Source: Candidatus Curtissbacteria bacterium RIFCSPLOWO2_02_41_11 (GTDB lineage Bacteria > Patescibacteriota > Microgenomatia > Curtissbacterales > GWA2-41-24). From it: DNA of 64,000 bases. A program made the translations under genes and the position numbers. Below are positions 9,529-18,414 of this stretch, piece by piece. Under the pieces are notes generated by a model. That model was not told where the DNA came from. It did not search any database and saw only the letters and a program-made list of their open reading frames with translations. How positions within the stretch are numbered: position 1 is the stretch's first letter; every line of letters begins with the position of its first letter. The stretch is from contig MFBU01000014.1 in NCBI GenBank assembly GCA_001775055.1, forward strand, positions 120,535 through 184,534, given 5' to 3'.

Positions 9529-12369
9529 ATGATTTATGAAGTAAGAATTGCTTCCAAAGAAAAAACTGACCCCAAGGGACAGAATTTACTGGCCGAAATT
9601 GAAAGAACGCTTGGTGTAAAAACCATTAAAAACATCCGTACTGCCAAAATTTATCGACTTGAGGGAATAAGCAAGTCCGACGCCAAAATATTTACCCAAA
9701 AAGTTTTATTTGAGCCAATAGATCAAAAGATGACTTTTAATCAGCCGATTTTTAAAGGTACTGATCATTTAGTTGAAGTTGCTTATAAACCCGGTGTAAT
9801 GAATCCGGAGGCTGGGTCACTTTTAAAGTCAGCAAAGGATATTGGTATTGATCTTTTAGCTGCAGATTCTTCTTGGGAGTACGCATTTTTTGGCAAATTT
9901 GCAAAAGATCAACTTCAGGCAATCATCAAAAGGCTTTTAGTTAATGAAACAGTCGAGCATGTCGTCGAAAAATCTCCTAAGACTCTTTTGATTTCTGGCC
10001 ATGCCGGTAAGATCCAAACTATTCCAATTAGAGGGCTTGATGACCGCCAGCTAATGGAACTTTCTCAAGATAAGCTCTTTTTAAATCTTGAAGAGATGAA
10101 AGTTATCCAAAATTATTTTGCAAAAATCGACCGCGATCCAACTGATTGCGAAGTTGAGGTTCTTGCCCAAACATGGAGTGAGCATTGCGTCCACAAAACT
10201 TTTAAAGCTAAGTTGATAATCGATGGTAAGGCCAAAAAGCCCTTGATTGAGAGAATTAAAGAAACAGCTAAGTTTAGTCAAAAATTCATTGTCTCAGCCT
10301 TTGTAGATAATTCCGGAGTGATTGATTTTTATAATGGTTGGGCAGTAAGCGGCAAAGTCGAAACCCACAATTCGCCTTCGGCCATTGAACCCTATGGTGG
10401 TGCTATGACCGGATCTGGCGGAGTTTTTCGCGATATTTTAGGTACCGGTCAAGGAGCCAAACCGATTATCTCAACCGACATTTTTTGTTTTGCACCGCCG
10501 AGTCTTCCTGCAAAGGATCTTCCCCCAGGTTGTCTGCCACCAGACTATCTTCTTCGCAAAGTTGTAGCCGGCGTGCGCGATTACGGTAATCGTGTTGGTA
10601 TTCCCACCAACAATGGTTCTATCCATTTTCATAACGATTTTCGAGCTAAACCAACTGTAGCTGTTGGATCATATGGTCTAATTCCCAAAAAACAAGCTAA
10701 CAAACGACGGCCCAAAAAGGGCGATTTAATTTTAACTATCGGCGGGGCAACCGGCCGAGACGGTATTCACGGTGCTACTTTTTCATCCGGTGAAATGACC
10801 GATAGAACCATTGAAGTCTCCGGCTCGGCGGTTCAAATCGGCAATGCCATTGAGGAAAAAAGAATTATCGACTGTGTTTTAGCTCTTCGTCAACAAAATC
10901 TGTTTCGTACTTTAACCGATTGCGGTGCCGGTGGATATTCATCGGCTATTGGCGAAATGGGCCAAAAAATTGGCGCTCGTGTTTATCTTGAAAAAGTTCC
11001 TCTCAAATACAGCGGCCTTTCGCCTTGGGAAATTTTTCTCTCTGAATCTCAGGAACGCATGGTTTTGGCAATTGCCCCAAAAAATCTTAAAAAAGTTCTA
11101 AAAATCTGCAAACTTTACAATGTGCAAAGTGCGATTTTGGGCAAGTTTGACGGTTCAAAAAGAATAAAAGTTACTTATGATGATCAATTGGTTTGTGACC
11201 TTTCTATGCAATTTTTGCATCATGGTTTGCCCCAGAGGCGAATGGTTGGCAAGACAATTGTCAAAATGATTCCAGATAAGCCCCCGAAACAACCAAAGGA
11301 CTTATCAGCCGTTTGGCTTAAAGTCATGAGTCACGGCAATGTGTGTTCCAAAGAGCCGATTGTAAGACAGTATGATCATAATGTTCAAGGAACCAATGCT
11401 TTACATCCCTTAGGTGGAGTTAACTTTGATGCGCCAAATGACGGAGCAGTTGTCAGACCGATTCTTAACAAACCATACGGCTTAGTAGTCACCCATGGTC
11501 TTAACCCGATTCTTAATCGAATTGATCCATATTGGGGTAGCATTTGGGCAACCTGCGAGGCAGTCTCCAATTTTGTGGCCATAGGCGGCGACCTTAAAAA
11601 TGCAGCCTTAATTGATAACTTTATTTGGCCATTTCCGGACGAAGAATCCTTAGCCGATTTAGATAAATCTGTCGATGCCTGTTGTGATATGGCCAAACTT
11701 TTGGATATGCCTTTTATCTCTGGTAAAGACAGTTTGTCGAGTACGTACCGTTATCCCGATGGTCGAGTTTTAAAAATCCCGCCGGTTCTTTTAATTTCTG
11801 TCTTTGGCAAAATCCCAGATGTTAAAAAAACTACAAGTTCTGATTTTAAGAAAGTTGGTTCAACAATAGTTCTTATCGGCAAACCGGATCTTAAAAATCT
11901 CGGCGGCTCGGTCTATTTTGATGTTGCCGGCGGTCAATCCTCATCCGTTCCTAAGATTAATCTTAAATCGCAAAAGGCAGTTTTAACATCAATTACCGCC
12001 GGAATCAGAAGTGGTCAAATCCTTGCCTGTCATGATATTTCCGAAGGCGGCCTGGCAGCAGCGATGGCCGAAATGTGTTTTGGAAGCGACTGCGGTGCAG
12101 AAATTGACTTGTCCTCCATAGCTTTAGCGAAGGAGGATCATCCTGATTTTATTCTCTTTTCCGAAACCGCCGGCACATTTTTGATAGAAGTTGCAAATCC
12201 AATAGTTGCCAAAAAACTTTTCGCCAAAGTTCCCCACGTGATTATTGGACAGACTATCAAAGAAAGATCAATCCGCGTAAATCTAGGTCCCAAAAATCTG
12301 TGTAATCTGCGCCTAGATCAACTCAAACAAGCCTGGCAGAAGCCGATGAAGGAGATATTCCATGATTAA
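9529..12369 (+). CDS. purL: phosphoribosylformylglycinamidine synthase, PurS-like domain fused to PurL (FGAM synthetase II)
   Basis: N-terminal 80 aa (IYEVRIASKEKTDPKGQNLLAEIERTLGVKTIKNIRTAKIYRLEG) match PurS (YKV.V.VK.SVLDPQG...L...G...V.R.GK..L). WSEHCVHKTFK, ETHNSPSAIEPYGGAMTGSGGVFRDILG, GRDGIHGATFSS and DISEGGL are PurL (small type) motifs. Confidence 0.9.
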   Translation: MIYEVRIASKEKTDPKGQNLLAEIERTLGVKTIKNIRTAKIYRLEGISKSDAKIFTQKVLFEPIDQKMTFNQPIFKGTDHLVEVAYKPGVMNPEAGSLLKSAKDIGIDLLAADSSWEYAFFGKFAKDQLQAIIKRLLVNETVEHVVEKSPKTLLISGHAGKIQTIPIRGLDDRQLMELSQDKLFLNLEEMKVIQNYFAKIDRDPTDCEVEVLAQTWSEHCVHKTFKAKLIIDGKAKKPLIERIKETAKFSQKFIVSAFVDNSGVIDFYNGWAVSGKVETHNSPSAIEPYGGAMTGSGGVFRDILGTGQGAKPIISTDIFCFAPPSLPAKDLPPGCLPPDYLLRKVVAGVRDYGNRVGIPTNNGSIHFHNDFRAKPTVAVGSYGLIPKKQANKRRPKKGDLILTIGGATGRDGIHGATFSSGEMTDRTIEVSGSAVQIGNAIEEKRIIDCVLALRQQNLFRTLTDCGAGGYSSAIGEMGQKIGARVYLEKVPLKYSGLSPWEIFLSESQERMVLAIAPKNLKKVLKICKLYNVQSAILGKFDGSKRIKVTYDDQLVCDLSMQFLHHGLPQRRMVGKTIVKMIPDKPPKQPKDLSAVWLKVMSHGNVCSKEPIVRQYDHNVQGTNALHPLGGVNFDAPNDGAVVRPILNKPYGLVVTHGLNPILNRIDPYWGSIWATCEAVSNFVAIGGDLKNAALIDNFIWPFPDEESLADLDKSVDACCDMAKLLDMPFISGKDSLSSTYRYPDGRVLKIPPVLLISVFGKIPDVKKTTSSDFKKVGSTIVLIGKPDLKNLGGSVYFDVAGGQSSSVPKINLKSQKAVLTSITAGIRSGQILACHDISEGGLAAAMAEMCFGSDCGAEIDLSSIALAKEDHPDFILFSETAGTFLIEVANPIVAKKLFAKVPHVIIGQTIKERSIRVNLGPKNLCNLRLDQLKQAWQKPMKEIFHD

Positions 12370-13141
12370 ACCAAAAGTCTGCATTCTTCGTACCGATGGT
12401 ACCAACTGTGACGAGGAGCTATTTTATGCTTTCGAAAAATTTGGATCCAGTCCACAATACGTCCATATAAATGAACTAAGGGCGAAAAGCAAAAAGCTAA
12501 AGGCGTTTCAAATTCTCGCTCTTCCCGGCGGTTTTGCTTACGGTGATGACGTTGCCTCCGGAAAAATATTGGCAGTTGAACTTGTTAGTTTCCTTAAGGA
12601 TCAATTGCAGGAATATATAATTAAGAAAGGATTAATCTTTGGGGTCTGCAATGGTTTTCAGGTTTTAGTTAGGACTGGATTGTTACCTTTTGGCAAGTTA
12701 GGGAAAATGGATGTAACACTAGCCCAAAACGAAAGCGGCCATTTCGAATGTCGCTGGGTAAATTTAAAAATTGAAACTAGCCGTTGTGTCTTTCTTGATG
12801 ATCATAAAAGACAGGTTAGTCAGTTAGCCGTTAATCACGGTGAGGGAAAATTTTTCGCTGACACCAAAACCATCAAAAAAATCGAAGACGAAAACTTGGT
12901 AGTTTTTCGATATGTTGACGAAGATGGCAAACAAACTCAACTCTATCCGCAAAATCCCAATGGATCCACAAATGCCATCGCCGGCATCTGTGATCCAACC
13001 GGCAGAATTTTAGGCTTGATGCCACACCCCGAAAAATTTGTAGATATCACCCAACACCCCAACTGGCGAAGAAAAAAATTTGATCCACCTCACGGAGCAT
13101 TTATTTTCGAGGAAATGATAAGATATGCTCAAAATTCCTAA
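12362..13141 (+). CDS. purQ: phosphoribosylformylglycinamidine synthase I, glutaminase subunit
   Basis: LALPGGFAYGDD, GVCNGFQVL (catalytic Cys) and MPHPE are class-I glutamine amidotransferase / PurQ motifs. Overlaps the purL stop. Confidence 0.85.
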   Translation: MIKPKVCILRTDGTNCDEELFYAFEKFGSSPQYVHINELRAKSKKLKAFQILALPGGFAYGDDVASGKILAVELVSFLKDQLQEYIIKKGLIFGVCNGFQVLVRTGLLPFGKLGKMDVTLAQNESGHFECRWVNLKIETSRCVFLDDHKRQVSQLAVNHGEGKFFADTKTIKKIEDENLVVFRYVDEDGKQTQLYPQNPNGSTNAIAGICDPTGRILGLMPHPEKFVDITQHPNWRRKKFDPPHGAFIFEEMIRYAQNS

Positions 13142-14242
13142 ATGAAAAAGATTACTTACGCCAAAGTTGGTGATAACTATTACACCAAAGACCCAATCAA
13201 AAAGTTAGCCCAAGTGGCCGCCCAAAAAACTGCCCAAAATCTTGCAAAATCTGGATTTTCAGAAATCGGCGACAGTCGTGGCGAATCGGCATTCGTTTGG
13301 AGACAGGGTGATGTCTTAATGGCTGCCGTTGTCGAAGGTTTAGGGACCAAAAATCTAGTTGCTGACGAAATGCGCAAAGTCTCTCATCAAACTTTTTATG
13401 ACGTGATTGGTCATGATACGGTTGCTTGTATCATCAACGATCTAGTAACAGTCGGCACCAAACCATTAGTCATCCATGCTTACTGGGCCATTGAGGATAA
13501 CAGTTGGCTATCCGACAAAAAACGAATGACTGATTTTATTACCGGCTGGAAAAAAGCTTGTGATTTTTCCGATGCGACTTGGGGCGGGGGAGAAACACCA
13601 ACCCTCAAAGGAGTTATTTGCAAGAACACTGTTGATCTAGGTGGATCTGCAATTGGCATTATTAGTCCTTCAAATAGATTAATCACTGATAATAAATTGG
13701 TTGCAGGTGATAGGATTTTATTTCTCAAAAGCAACGGAATAAATTGTAATGGTATTTCTTTGGCTCGAGCCGTAGCCCAAAAACTTCCCAAAGGTTATAC
13801 AACCAAATTATCAAATGGCCAAATGTTTGGAGAGGCGATTCTGACTAAAACGAACATTTATGCAAAACTTATTCAAGATCTCTTAGATGCAAAAATTGAT
13901 ATACATTACATCTCCAACATCACCGGTCATGGTCTTAGAAAAATAATGAGAGCAAGGGGAAACTTTACTTATATTATTGAGAAAATTTTTGATCCTCAAG
14001 AAGTTTTTCTCTTTATCCAAAAGCATGCTGGTCTTTCCGATTACGAAATGTACGAAACTTTTAACATGGGACAAGATTACGCCATTTTTCTCCCATCAGG
14101 GGATATTGCAAAAGCCCAAAAAATTATTATCCAAAATAAATTCCAATCAATCGACGCCGGTTATATCAAATCCGGCCCCCGCCAAGTCATCATCAAACCC
14201 AAAAACATTACCTTTAAATCCGAAACCCTCGATCTTCGATGA
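13142..14242 (+). CDS. purM: phosphoribosylformylglycinamidine cyclo-ligase (AIR synthetase)-like
   Basis: GGGETPTLKG (GGETAEMPG motif), ISNITGHGL and YEMYETFNMGQDYAIFLP (HEMYRTFNCGVGMIIALP) match PurM. The N-terminus is divergent. Confidence 0.65.
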   Translation: MKKITYAKVGDNYYTKDPIKKLAQVAAQKTAQNLAKSGFSEIGDSRGESAFVWRQGDVLMAAVVEGLGTKNLVADEMRKVSHQTFYDVIGHDTVACIINDLVTVGTKPLVIHAYWAIEDNSWLSDKKRMTDFITGWKKACDFSDATWGGGETPTLKGVICKNTVDLGGSAIGIISPSNRLITDNKLVAGDRILFLKSNGINCNGISLARAVAQKLPKGYTTKLSNGQMFGEAILTKTNIYAKLIQDLLDAKIDIHYISNITGHGLRKIMRARGNFTYIIEKIFDPQEVFLFIQKHAGLSDYEMYETFNMGQDYAIFLPSGDIAKAQKIIIQNKFQSIDAGYIKSGPRQVIIKPKNITFKSETLDLR

Positions 14243-14315
14243 AAACTATAGCCCAAAGTCATAGGTCTGAACTGTGCTTTGATTAAGATAATTCAAACAT
14301 AGAATAATTAGATAA

Positions 14316-14909
14316 GTGAGAAATTATTATCCCATTATCTCTTTAATCTTTACAAACTTAATTCCCATCTTCGGGATCCTATTTTTACAATGGAATCTAT
14401 TTCAGTTACTCTTTGTCTACTCTTTAGAAACCGCAATTATCGGCTTATTTTTTAACCTCAGAATGATTTTTTCAAAAATAATAACCAACCAGAATCAAGT
14501 TTTATCTTTATATAAAAGGATAGAAGGAACAATATTTGGAGACTTCGGACTTGTGGTATTTATAGTTGGCCACGCCACTTTTATTTACATTCTTTCAATT
14601 ACTGCCGAACAAAGACTAAATTTTTCAGATTATCTCTTTTTTCTCCCCCTTTTATTTATAAGCCATAGCATTTCTTTTTTCTTCAACTTTATACGAAGAA
14701 GAGAGTATAAGATTCCTGTCTCAGTTGGATTATTACTTCTTCAGCCTTATAAAAGAGTACTCATTATGCACTTAACAATTGTTATTGGGGGCATAATTAC
14801 TGTCTCATTGAGTAGTTATCTAGGTTTAGTTATCCCTTTAATTATTTTAAAAACCTTGTTAGATCTAATATTTCATTTAAAAGAACATAATTCTTACAAA
14901 ACTAACTAA
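14316..14909 (+). CDS. polytopic membrane protein, unknown function
   Basis: 197-aa ORF with 5-6 hydrophobic helices. No recognisable motif. Confidence 0.35.
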   Translation: MRNYYPIISLIFTNLIPIFGILFLQWNLFQLLFVYSLETAIIGLFFNLRMIFSKIITNQNQVLSLYKRIEGTIFGDFGLVVFIVGHATFIYILSITAEQRLNFSDYLFFLPLLFISHSISFFFNFIRRREYKIPVSVGLLLLQPYKRVLIMHLTIVIGGIITVSLSSYLGLVIPLIILKTLLDLIFHLKEHNSYKTN

Positions 14910-15023
14910 TCTCCAATCTACCCCTTGTGTGTAATATCCGATGTATCATAGTTCTAGTCATTCCAACATTCTTAAGAATATTAGAATGATTTTGATAGAT
15001 AAAATTAGGTTCTTTACTAATAG

Positions 15024-15308
15024 TTGGACTATAATAATTTGTTAGTGAACGAAATTGAAAAGCTCAAAGAAGAAATCGAAAAGATTAAAGAACGCAATCG
15101 GCGGGTCGAAAAAGATAAGACTTGGGAAACTAGTCTTACTCGCCGTATCGCTATCGCCACCTCAACTTACATCTTAATAGCAATCTTCCTTATTATAATT
15201 GGCGTTGAAAAACCGTTTCTTGCCGCTATTATTCCAGCTGCTGCCTACCTTATCTCCACCGCATCATTGGAATTCTTAAGAAGATGGTGGCTTAAAAGCA
15301 AACAATGA
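15024..15308 (+). CDS. small membrane protein with N-terminal coiled-coil
   Basis: 94 aa with charged heptad-like N-terminus (EIEKLKEEIEKIKERNRR) followed by two TM helices. Overlaps the next gene (ATGA). Confidence 0.3.
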   Translation: MDYNNLLVNEIEKLKEEIEKIKERNRRVEKDKTWETSLTRRIAIATSTYILIAIFLIIIGVEKPFLAAIIPAAAYLISTASLEFLRRWWLKSKQ

Positions 15309-15907
15309 AATTATTTTTTGATCTGGAAACTATTCCGGCGCCGGAAGAATTGCGCCAAGTGGTCATCGAGGCAGAGCGCAAAAAGGCACGCAATCGAGAA
15401 ATCGCTAGTGACAACGAAGCTCTTTACCGCGCCAGCACCTTTTCTGGTGATTTTGGCCGAATTTTCTGCATCGGTTATGCACAAGATGATACACCCGCTC
15501 AAGTGATTAGCGGTCATGAGACCGAAATTCTTAAAAAATGGTGGCAGATTGCCCAAAGCGCCAATGTATTTATTGGTCACAACATTATTGATTTTGATAT
15601 TCCTTTTCTTTATAAACGCTCAATTGTTCACAAAATAAAACCATCGCAACTTCTGCCAATTAAAAAATTTCCAACCGAAAACATTTTTGATACGGCGCGC
15701 GAATGGAGCCGTTGGGATAATTATTCCCAAACAAGTCTTCACAATCTGGCGCTTGCTTTAGACTTGCCTTCTTCCAAAGACAAAATGGACGGCTCGCAAG
15801 TTTATGATTTTTATTTTAAAAGGCGTTTTGAGGACATATACACTTACTGCAAAAAAGATGTTGAACTCACCAGAAAAATCTACAAGCGAATGCTTTTTAT
15901 TGCTTAA
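15305..15907 (+). CDS. DnaQ-like / PolB-exonuclease-like 3'-5' exonuclease (RNase H-like fold)
   Basis: Exo I FFDLETIP (DxE). Exo II IGHNIIDFDIPFL. Exo III YCKKDVELTRKIY (YxxxD). This is the arrangement of the predicted 3'-5' exonuclease family related to PolB exo domains. Confidence 0.5.
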   Translation: MKLFFDLETIPAPEELRQVVIEAERKKARNREIASDNEALYRASTFSGDFGRIFCIGYAQDDTPAQVISGHETEILKKWWQIAQSANVFIGHNIIDFDIPFLYKRSIVHKIKPSQLLPIKKFPTENIFDTAREWSRWDNYSQTSLHNLALALDLPSSKDKMDGSQVYDFYFKRRFEDIYTYCKKDVELTRKIYKRMLFIA

Positions 15908-16085
15908 TGAATTTTAAGAAAAACTTTAAAAAACTTGGTTTTCGAACCCCTTCCACATTTCGCATCAATGCAATCTTATCAGCCAACAAAATCCTAGTAA
16001 GGCACTTTAAAGGAAAGAAGAAATAACATAATTTCTAGTTTTAAAATCAACTTTATTCAAAAAGATATAAAATTTCTTCTCAATT

Positions 16086-16114
16086 TTGCTTTTTTCACAA
16101 ATTGTGTGTAAAAT
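16086..16114 (+). promoter_or_regulatory. sigma70-like promoter: TTGCTT -35, 17-nt spacer, extended TGTG-TAAAAT -10, ATG 7 nt downstream (near-leaderless)
   Basis: TTGCTT at 16086-16091. Spacer ttttcacaaattgtgtg. TAAAAT at 16109-16114. purP ATG at 16121. Confidence 0.35.
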
Positions 16115-16120
16115 ACCTCA

Positions 16121-17134
16121 ATGGCGGCATCAAAAGGCTATAAAATCGCCACTTTAGGTTCTCACTCTGCTCTCCAAATCCTAAAAGGCGCAAAAGACGA
16201 AGGTTTTAAGACAATTTGTATCGTCACGCCTGATCGCCACCATCTCTACAGCCGATTTGCCTTCATCAATAAAATTATTAAGATTCCGACTTTTGCCGAT
16301 TTTCCCAAAATCGAAAAACAATTAATTGCCGATAACGCAATCGTTATTCCTCATGGTTCTTTTGTAGCTTATTTAGGTCTTAGCGAAAATAAAAATATGA
16401 AGGTTCCCTATTTTGGCAATAAGCAAGTTTTGGATTGGGAATCAGACAGAATGAAGCAAAGGGATTGGCTAATAGAAGCCAGCGTGCCGGTACCAAAAAG
16501 ATTTAAAAGGCAAGAGAAAATCGACAGACCAGTGATTATTAAATCGTATGGAGCCTCAGGCGGCCATGGTTATTTCTTCGCAAAAAACCAAAAGGAATTT
16601 GCATCCCGAATCAAAAATTTTAAAGCGAAAGATTTTATTATCCAGGAATATGTCATCGGAGTACCACTTTATATCCATTATTTTTATTCACCTCTTAACA
16701 AAAAATTAGAAATACTTTCGATCGATAAACGCTATGAAACTAATGTTGACTCCTTAGGGCGAATTCCTTCGCAGAATCAGCAAGGTCTTGGCATTGAACC
16801 CTCATTTGTGGTTGTTGGCAATATTCCCCTAACACTTCGCGAGTCACTTCTTTCCGAAGCATTTGAAATGGGCGAAAGAGTTGTTGCAACTTCAAAAAAA
16901 ATAATGGATGGGGGAATCTGGGGGCCGTTTTGTCTTGAAACGATTATTACACCAGAGCAGAAGTTTTCGATTATTGAAATTTCCTGTCGAATTGTTGCCG
17001 GAACCAATTTATTTATCGACAGTTCTCCATATGCCTCTCTATACTATGAAAAACCTGTTTCAACCGGCAGAAGAATCGCCATGGAGATCAAAGAGGCTAT
17101 TAAAAGAAACAAACTTGCCAGGATCTTAAACTAA
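16121..17134 (+). CDS. purP: 5-formaminoimidazole-4-carboxamide ribonucleotide synthetase (archaeal-type, formate-dependent)
   Basis: IATLGSHSALQILKGAKDEGFKTICI, IPHGSFVAY, FGN..L.WESDR, ATP-grasp core and IHYFYSPL. Matches PurP of methanogens along its whole length (about 340 aa). Confidence 0.85.
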   Translation: MAASKGYKIATLGSHSALQILKGAKDEGFKTICIVTPDRHHLYSRFAFINKIIKIPTFADFPKIEKQLIADNAIVIPHGSFVAYLGLSENKNMKVPYFGNKQVLDWESDRMKQRDWLIEASVPVPKRFKRQEKIDRPVIIKSYGASGGHGYFFAKNQKEFASRIKNFKAKDFIIQEYVIGVPLYIHYFYSPLNKKLEILSIDKRYETNVDSLGRIPSQNQQGLGIEPSFVVVGNIPLTLRESLLSEAFEMGERVVATSKKIMDGGIWGPFCLETIITPEQKFSIIEISCRIVAGTNLFIDSSPYASLYYEKPVSTGRRIAMEIKEAIKRNKLARILN

Positions 17135-18414
17135 TGAAAAATACCTCACTTAAAAGTTGGCAAGGCATTACCTGTGTGATTGGTCTTGACTGGGGTGATT
17201 CAGGTAAGGGGCGGTTGATTGATGATCTGTCCTCCCGCGCCGATATCGTTGCCCGCTATAGCGGTGGTTCAAATACCGGGCACACCGTCAAAAATAAATA
17301 CGGAAAATTTGCCATGCACATAATGCCCTCGGGTATTTTTAATCAAAAAGCTCAATGTTTAATCGGTCGGGGCGTTGCTTGCGATTTGGAATCTTTAATC
17401 GAAGATGAAATGGCCCAGCTCCAAAAAGCCGCTATCTCTTGGAAGAATTTAATTATTGATGAGCAGGCATCATTGACGATGCCTTGGCATAAACTTCGTG
17501 ATGGCTTACGCGAAGAATTCCGTTTAAAAAAAATTGGTACTACCAAGCGGGGTGTTGGCCCAACTTACGCCGACAGGATTGAAAGAGTCGGTTTAAGAAT
17601 TAAAGACCTCATGTCCTCTGATTTTAAAGACAAGCTTTTTGAAGAAGTCAAAATTCAGAATAAATTTTTTAATCTTAAACTTAACCCCACTCAAATCTAT
17701 AGAAGGTATCTAAAATTTTCCAAATTATTAAAACCTTACGTTGGCCAAACTATTCCGATTGTCAAAAATGCCCAAAATATGGGTAAAAATATTTTATTTG
17801 AAGGTACTCAAGGATCTCTTCTAGACGTCGATTTCGGAACTTACCCCTTTGTCACCTCCACTAATATTGGTGTTATCGGAATTTGGCGCAGTTTCAACCT
17901 TCATCCATCCGAGATTAACCACGTAATTGGGATATCCAAAGCCTACTCAACTAGAGTTGGCGCTGGTCCACAGCCGACAAAACTGGATGGAGAAAAAAGA
18001 CAAATCATTATCGAAAAAGGTCAGGAAATCGGTACAACTTCAGGCAGAACCCGCGACCCTGGATGGCTCGACTTAGTTATTATTAGAGCAGCAGCCGAGT
18101 TTAACAAACTCACTGCTTTGGCAATTACCAAACTTGATGTTTTGACTGGATTTAAAAAGATCAAAGTTTGTACTTCTTATAAAATCAATGACAAAACTGT
18201 TGAATATCTTTCCGGAGATGCCCAATTTTTGGCAAAGTGTCAACCAGTTTATAAAGAAGTTGATGGCTGGAGGGAAGATTTGTCAAAAATTCGCCAGTTT
18301 AAAAAGCTCCCTAAAAATGCCCAAAATTATATTAAGATAATTGAAAAATTGGTTGATGTTCCGGTAAAGTTTATATCAGTTGGGCCAAATAGGGGAGAAG
18401 TGATATACCTATGA
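17134..18414 (+). CDS. purA: adenylosuccinate synthetase
   Basis: GLDWGDSGKGRLID (GxQWGDEGKGK P-loop), GGSNTGHTV and GTTKRGVGPTYADR are PurA motifs. Confidence 0.9.
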   Translation: MKNTSLKSWQGITCVIGLDWGDSGKGRLIDDLSSRADIVARYSGGSNTGHTVKNKYGKFAMHIMPSGIFNQKAQCLIGRGVACDLESLIEDEMAQLQKAAISWKNLIIDEQASLTMPWHKLRDGLREEFRLKKIGTTKRGVGPTYADRIERVGLRIKDLMSSDFKDKLFEEVKIQNKFFNLKLNPTQIYRRYLKFSKLLKPYVGQTIPIVKNAQNMGKNILFEGTQGSLLDVDFGTYPFVTSTNIGVIGIWRSFNLHPSEINHVIGISKAYSTRVGAGPQPTKLDGEKRQIIIEKGQEIGTTSGRTRDPGWLDLVIIRAAAEFNKLTALAITKLDVLTGFKKIKVCTSYKINDKTVEYLSGDAQFLAKCQPVYKEVDGWREDLSKIRQFKKLPKNAQNYIKIIEKLVDVPVKFISVGPNRGEVIYL

